This document shows, piece by piece, positions 8,267-16,082 of a DNA stretch of 22,116 bases (position 1 is its first letter; every line of letters starts with the position of its first letter). The translations under genes and the position numbers were made by a program. The DNA comes from Promethearchaeota archaeon (GTDB lineage: Archaea > Asgardarchaeota > Thorarchaeia > Thorarchaeales > Thorarchaeaceae): positions 1 to 22,116 of the forward strand of contig WJMJ01000141.1 in the NCBI GenBank assembly GCA_014728035.1, given 5' to 3'. The notes below the pieces were generated by a model, which was not told the DNA's origin, ran no database searches, and was given only the letters and a program-made list of their open reading frames with translations.

Positions 8267-11200
8267 CTAACTCGCTTTCTTCTTTCGGATGTGTAGCACA
8301 GCTGCAATGATAATTAGCGTTCCACCAATACCTGCTCCAATGATAACTATTAGTAACCAATCGAGTGGTGGTACTTGGTCACCAAATGCCATAACTGTGA
8401 CATTCACAGAATCGGATGCAGTTCTTCCACTTCCATCATAGACAGTTAAGGTGAATTGGTACTCTCCTATTGCTAAATTATCTACATTTAAGATGACTTT
8501 TCCACCTCCCCATCTACCAGATTTCACAACCGTATTATTCCATTCAACCTCATAATATGTTGGGTATTCATCATACGGAGTCCAAGTGATGTAATGGGGT
8601 TGCGTTCCTTCTATGATAATTAAATCAGCGGGACTGTCTATTGTTGGATTCGTATTGTCATCAATAACCCTGACTCGCACAGAATCAGAATCCGCGTTTC
8701 CATCTAGGTCTCGGATTTCCATGACAAATAGATAGTCTCCTTCCGTCATACCATCGACATTAACTGATAATACGCCTGTACTCCATGATCCAGTATCATA
8801 CACTTCACCATCACGGTATAATGTATATTGTCCAGGATGAAGATCTTGCACATTCCAGGAAAGTTCCTGGTCCGTTCCATCTTCGAACACGATACGGTCT
8901 GGTATTTCATTTATGATTGGATTGATGTCATCATATACATTGATGATAACAATATCAGAAACCGAATTTTGGTCAACATCCCATACAGTCATTTCAAGTG
9001 TATGAACTCCATATGAAAGCCCATCTATGGGAATTTCAATTACATCAAATGCCCAAACACCTGAGACCCATGGATTACCATCGATTGTAACTGTCCAATC
9101 TCTAAGTTCATTATCATGAGGTGAAAAGAGTATAGTATTACCTGTGGAAAACTCTGGATAATACACATCTTCAGGACTATTGATAATTGGTGTGTCCACC
9201 ATGAAGAGCATTGGGTATCGGTCTTGTGAACTTGAACCTACAATATCATCATATGGAGCTGTACCATCAAAGGGGTACCAGTAGTTGCCAGTATCCACAT
9301 TGTCATCCCAGAAGCGAGCATTACCATCATATGCTTCTGCATCAAAATTCAGGTAGAGCTCGTTGTAGTATATATCAATTGCAGATATTCCATCTAACCG
9401 GACGCCATATTGGTCGTTCCATCGGATAGTGTTATTCAAAATTCTCCAGTTATTAGAGCTGGTTAGATGCAATCCAATTTTGTTGCTTTCAATTAGATTG
9501 AATGTAGCATTGCCATCAGATGTGGCTGAAATATGGATACCAATTTGACTGCAATAACGAACCTCATTAAGCCTAATAGTTCCATTATCTGAATTGCTGA
9601 AGAATATCCCTTTCGTTGAGTTTACAACTTCTACGTACTGAACGGTGATGTTTGAAGAATCAACGCTGCGAATTCCATCGATCACGGAATCGATTATTTG
9701 GCAATCGCTGATTTTTATGTCACTGGATTGGGAAGCAATAATTCCCTCTTTGCAATTGTAAACATATCCATCAGATATAGTGCCATTTGCAGAATTTGAT
9801 GCTAGGATAACATAGCTTTCGGATAGATCTATTGCGTTGAAATTATTCACATCAAAATCAAAGACCGAATCCATATAGACTACATATTCGTGCGGATTTC
9901 CCTCTGCATCTAGATTTATAATTTCTGCATCGTTGCAACTCCATAATTTTATCCCGTATACATTCGCAATACTTTGAGCACCTGAGATTATTGTCGAGTC
10001 ACAATGATAGACCATGAAGGGTACACCTACTTTTTCAAAAGTTCCCCCATTGATAGTCCATCCTGTGGAATTGACAAGGAATATCTGACCATATAGTGAT
10101 CCATCAATTGATCCTCCTCCATGGTTGTTTATCAAATAGTAGAATTGTTTACCATTTATAGTATTTCCAGAGAATGAGTGATTGTAGTTACTAACAGGTC
10201 GACTTCCAGCAAAATTGAATCCTGTATCAGTTATTACATTATTTGAGAAAGTTGCAGTGTTTATCAAATCGAAATACAGTGCATATTTTGAACTACCTTC
10301 GATGGTATTCGATAACATCTCAAGATTGTTAATGCCAAGCATCATCGTAGTATGTGTTATACCATCACTCAAGGTGTTATCTTGTATTGTTACATTCTCA
10401 GCAAAGAATATTGATATGAGTGCATCCGCAAAGTGGATTGAATTATGCTCAATCATGATGTTATCAGTAAATGACATAGATACTGCTTCACCAATACAAT
10501 CATCGATTTGATTGTTTGATACGGTGATTTGATCGGACATACTCGAATAGATACCTTTGTCATTTGATGAGAGTTCATTATCATCAATAGTGTGATTCTG
10601 TCCATCTACTACATAGATACCATAACTCACAATATCTTCTAGACTATTTTCAGATACTGTCCAATTGTCTACTGATGATAGGTATACACCGTAATCAGTT
10701 TCAGTTATCATATTTCCTTGTGCAATTCCATTATGACTGGCACTAATATCGATTCCATTTCCTAACACATTATCAATTTCATTGTCAATAATGTTTGAGC
10801 TCTCACAACTTGTTACAACAATTCCATCGTTTACTATATTGTAAATTTGATTACCCATTAAATTGATATTAGGACATCCAGTAACTTCTATTCCATATTC
10901 AGCATCGGACATCATATTGTTATGAATTTGGGAGTCGAATGCTGTTTCCATAACAATAGAGCTAGTACCAATAGTGGTCAGATCGTTATCTAAAACCTGT
11001 GAGTAGTTGCTATTCTCTACTGTTATTCCGTATGTTGATACATCGTGAATCGTGTTAGAGGAAATAGCAGTATTATTACACCCTATCATGTGGATTCCGT
11101 GATAAGATGTGCTGGTTATATCACAAAGGTCAATTGATGACAGAGGTGAACTAGATAAGTTGATTGCACCTTCTTCCTCTCCTTTTATTGTACATCCAGT

Positions 11201-12010
11201 TACCGATAGATAAGGACTCGCACTCACTGATAATCCCACTTCAGCTTCAGGTGAGATCAATGAGTCGGTAATATCGAGATTTTCACAAGCAGATACAGAT
11301 ACACCATACAGTCCTCCTATAATCCTGCAGTCTGTTATACTACCTGAATCAGACGTCTCCAATCTGACATTATACCAAGATGGATCCACTGACGTGATAT
11401 TTGTTGAAGCTATTGAAAATCCATCAGAGCCTTCTACAGTCAATCCTCGATTATCTTCAGTCCATAATCTAGTACCTGAAATTGTACAATCGATTGAAGA
11501 TGTTATCCAGACAGGACGTTCATATGATTCAATAAGACAGTTTGAAATCATGGTATCATTTGCATTCTCGATATAGATACCCATGTCAGCTGAATATATT
11601 GTGAGATATTCAAGAGTTGCATGTGATAGGTTGAATAAATATATCGCATCGTCTGCTGATTGTTGATCAATATAACAGTCTCGAATCACAAAGTACGAAT
11701 CAACATTTGAAATCGATATAGATGGTTGTCCTGCATCATAAGTTATATTCCATCCCTGAATGATATACGGCGATGCATATGTACCTGAGCCAGGCCACCC
11801 CTGATTTACCCAATCCGAGGGCTCGTCTATAAGAATAGGTACATGATTTGTATGATCTACAGGACTCAATCGTGTTCCGGGTTCCTCCGCTAGTACGGGG
11901 TTAGTCATTTTATTCTCAGCTGAAATGATTGGCATCGGTGAGTTGAGTATTCCAACAACCGGCTGCAATAACATTAACGCAATGAGAATGGAAAGTACAG
12001 CTTTTCTCAA
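8267..12010 (-). CDS. Membrane-anchored surface protein: right-handed parallel beta-helix (NosD/PbH1-like) repeats + 3 Ig-like repeats + TM (paralogue B)
   Basis: 1247 aa with the same architecture as 2470..6039: signal peptide MRKAVLSILIALMLLQPVVG, GTRLSPVDHTNHVPILI...QGWPGSGTYASPYIIQGWNI N-cap, beta-helix coils, FWDDNVDTGNYW C-cap, three Ig-like repeats, TM WLLIVIIGAGIGGTLIIIAAVL plus RKKK. TTG start with SD GGAGGAG. Confidence 0.9.
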   Translation of the reverse strand: MRKAVLSILIALMLLQPVVGILNSPMPIISAENKMTNPVLAEEPGTRLSPVDHTNHVPILIDEPSDWVNQGWPGSGTYASPYIIQGWNITYDAGQPSISISNVDSYFVIRDCYIDQQSADDAIYLFNLSHATLEYLTIYSADMGIYIENANDTMISNCLIESYERPVWITSSIDCTISGTRLWTEDNRGLTVEGSDGFSIASTNITSVDPSWYNVRLETSDSGSITDCRIIGGLYGVSVSACENLDITDSLISPEAEVGLSVSASPYLSVTGCTIKGEEEGAINLSSSPLSSIDLCDITSTSYHGIHMIGCNNTAISSNTIHDVSTYGITVENSNYSQVLDNDLTTIGTSSIVMETAFDSQIHNNMMSDAEYGIEVTGCPNINLMGNQIYNIVNDGIVVTSCESSNIIDNEIDNVLGNGIDISASHNGIAQGNMITETDYGVYLSSVDNWTVSENSLEDIVSYGIYVVDGQNHTIDDNELSSNDKGIYSSMSDQITVSNNQIDDCIGEAVSMSFTDNIMIEHNSIHFADALISIFFAENVTIQDNTLSDGITHTTMMLGINNLEMLSNTIEGSSKYALYFDLINTATFSNNVITDTGFNFAGSRPVSNYNHSFSGNTINGKQFYYLINNHGGGSIDGSLYGQIFLVNSTGWTINGGTFEKVGVPFMVYHCDSTIISGAQSIANVYGIKLWSCNDAEIINLDAEGNPHEYVVYMDSVFDFDVNNFNAIDLSESYVILASNSANGTISDGYVYNCKEGIIASQSSDIKISDCQIIDSVIDGIRSVDSSNITVQYVEVVNSTKGIFFSNSDNGTIRLNEVRYCSQIGIHISATSDGNATFNLIESNKIGLHLTSSNNWRILNNTIRWNDQYGVRLDGISAIDIYYNELYLNFDAEAYDGNARFWDDNVDTGNYWYPFDGTAPYDDIVGSSSQDRYPMLFMVDTPIINSPEDVYYPEFSTGNTILFSPHDNELRDWTVTIDGNPWVSGVWAFDVIEIPIDGLSYGVHTLEMTVWDVDQNSVSDIVIINVYDDINPIINEIPDRIVFEDGTDQELSWNVQDLHPGQYTLYRDGEVYDTGSWSTGVLSVNVDGMTEGDYLFVMEIRDLDGNADSDSVRVRVIDDNTNPTIDSPADLIIIEGTQPHYITWTPYDEYPTYYEVEWNNTVVKSGRWGGGKVILNVDNLAIGEYQFTLTVYDGSGRTASDSVNVTVMAFGDQVPPLDWLLIVIIGAGIGGTLIIIAAVLHIRKKKAS
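8393..9196 (-). repeat. Three tandem ~90-aa Ig-like repeats in paralogue B (boundaries approximate)
   Basis: Repeats start at DTPIINSPED, DDINPIINEIPD and DDNTNPTIDSPAD; each aligns positionally with the matching repeat of paralogue A (e.g. LRDWTVTIDGN and TVWDVD are in both first repeats). Confidence 0.75.
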
Positions 12011-12015
12011 AGTAT

Positions 12016-12022
12016 CTCCTCC
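12016..12022 (-). promoter_or_regulatory. Shine-Dalgarno sequence of paralogue B
   Basis: GGAGGAG on the minus strand, 5 nt before the TTG at 12010. Confidence 0.75.
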
Positions 12023-12190
12023 AAGGGGACTTGTTTGTTTTAATCACCTGTGTAACAATATGAAATCTCTTTCAGTTGCTATTTTTCCACTCATCACTTG
12101 ATAGTGATTGGCGTGGCGGGTGTTCCTAACTTCTTCTCTTTATTTCATTCAATCCCTAATAAATTTCAGCTAAAAGTGACTTGTTTTCAA

Positions 12191-13222
12191 TCAGTATCCT
12201 CTCTGTAGGTCAACCATGTTTAGAAACACGTTCTCCCCCCGGCAAAAGCGCAATATATTTTCTATAACTTCATTCCATCGAAGAAGATCATCCATTGGAG
12301 AAGCACCTCTATGAGGAGAAAGGACTACATTATCTAATTCATGAAATGGATAGTGATATGGATATTTTTTCCCCTTCTCATCCGGTTCCGGTTTGTAATC
12401 ATACCATACATCAATAGCTGCTCCAGCTATCTTTCCGTGAAGAAGAGCTTGATACAACTCCTTCTCAACAATGACTGAACCTCTCGCCATATTTACCAGT
12501 AATGATTCTTTCCCCAGCAGTTCTAGTTCTTTTGAACCGATTAGAGAAGCAGTTTCTTCTGTTTGTGGGACTGCGATAATGAGTGTATCAATTTCTTTAA
12601 GAAATGACTCAAACTCATCAGGAACATACTTTGTTGCTTCCGTTGGCATTTGTACGGCATCATCCCAGCATCTCTTAAGAATATGAAAATCTACATTGAA
12701 ACCTGCGAGAAATTTATGGACCTTGCTATTTACTGCTCCATATCCTAGAAGTCCAATCTTTCTGAACCTGATTGGAATTGATTTTGCGTGCGTATCTCCT
12801 CGCCTCCACAATCCTTCTGTCATCCAATTATGATGAAGGATAATTCTGTTAGAAAGTGCCAGAAGAAGTGCCACTGCATGTTGTGCTGTAAAATATGAAT
12901 TTCCATGTCCATTGACTAAGATGATTTCTCTAGTTTGATTAACTCTTTGGAATTGTTCAATCAGATGCTGTACACCTGCTCCGGGGTTGATATGAAGCTT
13001 CAATTTCTCTGCTGCATCCAGTAGGTCATCCGAAGGTCTCCATCCCACAATGATATCTGCATTAGGAGCGTGTCTAAGAAACTCTTCTTCAGAATGCTTG
13101 TCTGGAAAGATGAGTTTTAGATTATCTACGTTTTCTAATCCTTTGCGTAAATAGTCCTGTAGTTTCTCAGGTACCTCCCAGATGAATAATACATTGGTTT
13201 CTTTTGAAGAGCTAGTAGTCAT
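12191..13222 (-). CDS. D-isomer-specific 2-hydroxyacid dehydrogenase family protein
   Basis: GAGVQH substrate-domain motif, AQHAVALLLAL helix, Rossmann KIGLLGYGAV, PQTEET, LLVNMARGSVI, GAAIDVW, NVVLSPHRGA (catalytic His). Substrate not assignable. Confidence 0.92.
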   Translation of the reverse strand: MTTSSSKETNVLFIWEVPEKLQDYLRKGLENVDNLKLIFPDKHSEEEFLRHAPNADIIVGWRPSDDLLDAAEKLKLHINPGAGVQHLIEQFQRVNQTREIILVNGHGNSYFTAQHAVALLLALSNRIILHHNWMTEGLWRRGDTHAKSIPIRFRKIGLLGYGAVNSKVHKFLAGFNVDFHILKRCWDDAVQMPTEATKYVPDEFESFLKEIDTLIIAVPQTEETASLIGSKELELLGKESLLVNMARGSVIVEKELYQALLHGKIAGAAIDVWYDYKPEPDEKGKKYPYHYPFHELDNVVLSPHRGASPMDDLLRWNEVIENILRFCRGENVFLNMVDLQRGY

Positions 13223-13275
13223 GTATTCACAATTTCAACTCTGCCTTATGAGACCTTCTGCATAGTTAAGATGAA

Positions 13276-14340
13276 TTATTGGAATATTTCTTTAACACGT
13301 TCTCTAAATGGTTCAAATGGTTGAAGCATCGCTGTATCTGCTTTCAATTCCTCTCTATAATTTGCTTCTAGTTCTAGGAGTGCATTCCTGAGACCCTGTC
13401 TGAAGCTTGCAGTTTCTCGGTTCACAACGAGTAGAACTGTTGTCAGATTTCCAGTCTCAACAAGTATCTTTACATCCCCATGATCAATACCATGAAGGTC
13501 CTTTGCACTTGCCAGCATCTCTTTAATCAAAGCTACAATCCCTGACATCGCAGATCCCATCAATTCTTGATCGATAGCATCATCGTACTCATTGAATCGA
13601 TGCGTAATAACAAGGTTACCCTCTTTGTTAAGCGCCATGAAATCTAATGGCTTAGCTTCACTAACATAAAGCAATTTTGGATTGATAGCTACAGAGATTG
13701 CGATTAGTAACATACCAATACCATATGGGATAGGCCAAATTTCTCCTAGCACATCAGGAGCTCCTGGAATATTTGCTAATACAACACCTAGGGGTCCAGC
13801 AGATATCCAAACCAGAAAACCAATGAAATAGACCCTTATCTGGAGTTTTTCCTCGCCAAGATCTGCTTGACGCATCACTCGGAGTGCATAACGGATTATT
13901 TCATAGATGAGTATACTGAATGCTATAGCCTCAATTGTTAGAGGTATTAGGGTTGACCAATCCATACTTTCTAGCTCGCCTATCAGAGCACCACCTGCAA
14001 CGAATGTAACTACCAGTGACCTCTTTGGTAGCACCTCATATTGACTATATATTATAGCAAAATACCAGAATAGAAATCCACCAACAACAAAGAATGCCAA
14101 TAATAGATTGGATACCCAAATTCTGTGTGAATTAATATCTATAGCCCATCTTGTAAAAGGCTCATATGTGAAATCAAGAAGTAGATCTACCATCATTCCT
14201 GTAAAACAAGCAATGGCTATCGAATATAGTAATGTTGGGAGAAGTCTATGTTTCCACCAAGAGCGGATTATAACCACCATTGCTAACGTAGATGAAACCG
14301 TTGAAGCGAAAAGCATCACGACAAATTCTATACTAGCCAT
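13276..14340 (-). CDS. 7-TM membrane protein with C-terminal cytoplasmic longin-like domain
   Basis: Seven hydrophobic segments in the first ~230 aa, then ~125 aa with a longin-type beta-beta-alpha-beta-beta-beta-alpha-alpha pattern (DFMALNKEGNLVITHRF / DQELMGSAMSGIVALIKEML / IDHGDVKILVETGNLTTVLLVV / FRQGLRNALLELEANY / FEPFRERVKEIF). ATG at 14340 preferred; the track start is GTG at 14355. Domain call is by pattern recognition. Confidence 0.8.
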   Translation of the reverse strand: MASIEFVVMLFASTVSSTLAMVVIIRSWWKHRLLPTLLYSIAIACFTGMMVDLLLDFTYEPFTRWAIDINSHRIWVSNLLLAFFVVGGFLFWYFAIIYSQYEVLPKRSLVVTFVAGGALIGELESMDWSTLIPLTIEAIAFSILIYEIIRYALRVMRQADLGEEKLQIRVYFIGFLVWISAGPLGVVLANIPGAPDVLGEIWPIPYGIGMLLIAISVAINPKLLYVSEAKPLDFMALNKEGNLVITHRFNEYDDAIDQELMGSAMSGIVALIKEMLASAKDLHGIDHGDVKILVETGNLTTVLLVVNRETASFRQGLRNALLELEANYREELKADTAMLQPFEPFRERVKEIFQ

Positions 14341-14398
14341 TGCACCAATCCTCACTCGAATAATAAGCAGCTCAATTCAATTTAAGTCGATTTTGCAT

Positions 14399-14443
14399 GA
14401 AAGAAAAAGGAATGCGAGCTCCATATTATCAGAACTCGCGATT
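14399..14443 (-). terminator. Hairpin + T-tract terminator of the 14449..16044 gene
   Basis: Minus strand GCGAGTTC-TGATAATATG-GAGCTCGC (8 bp with one G-U, 14414-14439) followed by ATTCCTTTTTCTTTC. Confidence 0.7.
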
Positions 14444-14448
14444 GATTT

Positions 14449-16044
14449 CTAAACTTCTGGTTCCGAATATTCATCCTCTGAGGCCAATTCAGGTTCTTCT
14501 ACAGATTCTTCAGTTGATTCAGAATCTATCTCTGGTTCAGAAATATCATCTTCAACTGTTGGTTCTGCGGCACTATCTTGCTCACCATTGTATTCATGCA
14601 GAATGCCAGAATAGGTGTTCCAAGACATGAGAAAACCAAGCCCAAGCATTACGATTGCAACAATGAAGAAGATTGGTCCTATCAATAATAGATATGATGA
14701 TGACAAAGATCCAAACAGACCATATGCACTGGTCGCAATTCCTACGACGAGTAGAATCTTCCCAAAGGTTGTCATTTCCGGTACAATCTTTCGTTGTAGT
14801 GCTTGAATTATTAGGATTGTAGCAACAAGGCCAAACATTGACCAGCCAGTTCCTATTGGACCAAATAATGCCACTAACCAAGCGAAAATGTCTGAGAATA
14901 TTTGCCCACTCAGTAACAATGCAACTAATCCCAGCGGCACACCAACTAGAAATAGACCAACAAAACCCGGGGTAAAACTTGGCTTCTCAAATTCATCTTT
15001 TTCTTCCTCTTCGTCACCCTTTTTCCTACCGAATAATTTTCTCAAATTGAATAGAGCTTTGATTCTATCAATTAGTGATATTTGACCAATTGCGGCAAAA
15101 CTAGCAATGCTTGATATACTGGCGGCTGCGGTAACTCCTGCACTGATAGCACCCACTGCTCCCATTGCTGCAGAGAAGCCTGAATTCGCTGCTACACCTG
15201 CATCAACTTGTCCGCTACCTTCGTTAAATTGGAAGATATTATAGTGGTAGATGTAACTTATTGATTCGAAAGTCACTTCATTATATATTGAAACAAGTAA
15301 ATAGACATCTTCTCCTACGATATCCATACCTTGAAACCAAACTTCTTCAGCAGGATTATTAGGAATATCAAATTTGTAACGTATTTCCCAGGTGTTGTAA
15401 TCAACAATTGCAAGGAAATCTCCAGTGGTTATCCAGTACGCATCTGTTCCATCCCATTTTACAGAGATTTCTCCATGAAAATCAAGGCCCTCCGCATTAA
15501 ATGAAACATTCTCAAGTATACTTCCTTCCGGAAGGAACCGAATCACATTAGGATTTTGTCCATAAAATCCTTGAACTGTTACATAATCATTTCCGTATCG
15601 TGCCAGACCTCTTAGCTCTTTGTTTCCGTTTCCAAAACATGTACATTCAACACTATCTGCCAGAGTAAAGGTTTCAAGATCATACCTATGGATGAAATAT
15701 GCGTCACCCAATGAATCGTATTCTAAATAGACTAGATAAGGATAGGCAATAACTGCCCCCTCTGGATACAATGATCCAGTACTATAATTTGCAATACTCT
15801 CTCCAGTCGTTTGACTCCACTCTTGGATATGTGTTCCATTGTGTATGAATATTGAATCCATGTATGCACATGGATATGTTGTATATTCACCTACTTCAAA
15901 TGTATCGATGTAGGTAGCTGTAACATTTTCATAGGCTGCATTAAACGTATTATCTTCTGTAATTGTTGTATTTGTTGCCTGACCCGTTTGAGGTATTACA
16001 ACAAAACTAAGAAGGACTACAAATAATAAAATGTCCTTTCGCAT
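14449..16044 (-). CDS. Hypothetical receptor-like membrane protein: signal peptide, beta-rich (propeller-like) ectodomain, Ala/Gly-rich hydrophobic segment, 4 TM helices, acidic C-terminal tail
   Basis: Signal peptide MRKDILLFVVLLSFVVIPQTGQA; blade-like motifs GLARYGNDYV, WDGTDAYWIT, QGMDIVGEDVYLL; ~40-aa small-residue stretch; four C-terminal hydrophobic helices; E/D/S/P-rich tail. ATG at 16044 follows SD-like GAGTGA; the track start is GTG at 16053. Confidence 0.8.
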   Translation of the reverse strand: MRKDILLFVVLLSFVVIPQTGQATNTTITEDNTFNAAYENVTATYIDTFEVGEYTTYPCAYMDSIFIHNGTHIQEWSQTTGESIANYSTGSLYPEGAVIAYPYLVYLEYDSLGDAYFIHRYDLETFTLADSVECTCFGNGNKELRGLARYGNDYVTVQGFYGQNPNVIRFLPEGSILENVSFNAEGLDFHGEISVKWDGTDAYWITTGDFLAIVDYNTWEIRYKFDIPNNPAEEVWFQGMDIVGEDVYLLVSIYNEVTFESISYIYHYNIFQFNEGSGQVDAGVAANSGFSAAMGAVGAISAGVTAAASISSIASFAAIGQISLIDRIKALFNLRKLFGRKKGDEEEEKDEFEKPSFTPGFVGLFLVGVPLGLVALLLSGQIFSDIFAWLVALFGPIGTGWSMFGLVATILIIQALQRKIVPEMTTFGKILLVVGIATSAYGLFGSLSSSYLLLIGPIFFIVAIVMLGLGFLMSWNTYSGILHEYNGEQDSAAEPTVEDDISEPEIDSESTEESVEEPELASEDEYSEPEV

Positions 16045-16064
16045 ATGACTCACTCAATTTTATT

Positions 16065-16082
16065 TAGGTGTCATAACACCTA
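16065..16082. promoter_or_regulatory. Palindromic candidate operator or leader hairpin upstream of the receptor-like gene
   Basis: TAGGTGT-CATA-ACACCTA, perfect 7-bp inverted repeat about 20 nt upstream of the ATG. Confidence 0.35.

Noticed and set aside
2470-12010. NosD / nitrous-oxide reductase maturation function
   Set aside because: Only the beta-helix fold is shared; no nosZ/F/Y/L nearby, and the proteins carry Ig-like stalks and TM anchors.
2470-12010. Diversity-generating retroelement template/variable repeat pair between the paralogues
   Set aside because: No reverse transcriptase in the window; the matching segments I compared differ at synonymous positions of all bases, not specifically at adenines.
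13276-14340. 7-TM protein as a microbial rhodopsin or true class-A GPCR
   Set aside because: No retinal-binding Lys in mid-TM7 and no DRY or CWxP motifs; NPKLLY has different spacing from NPxxY.
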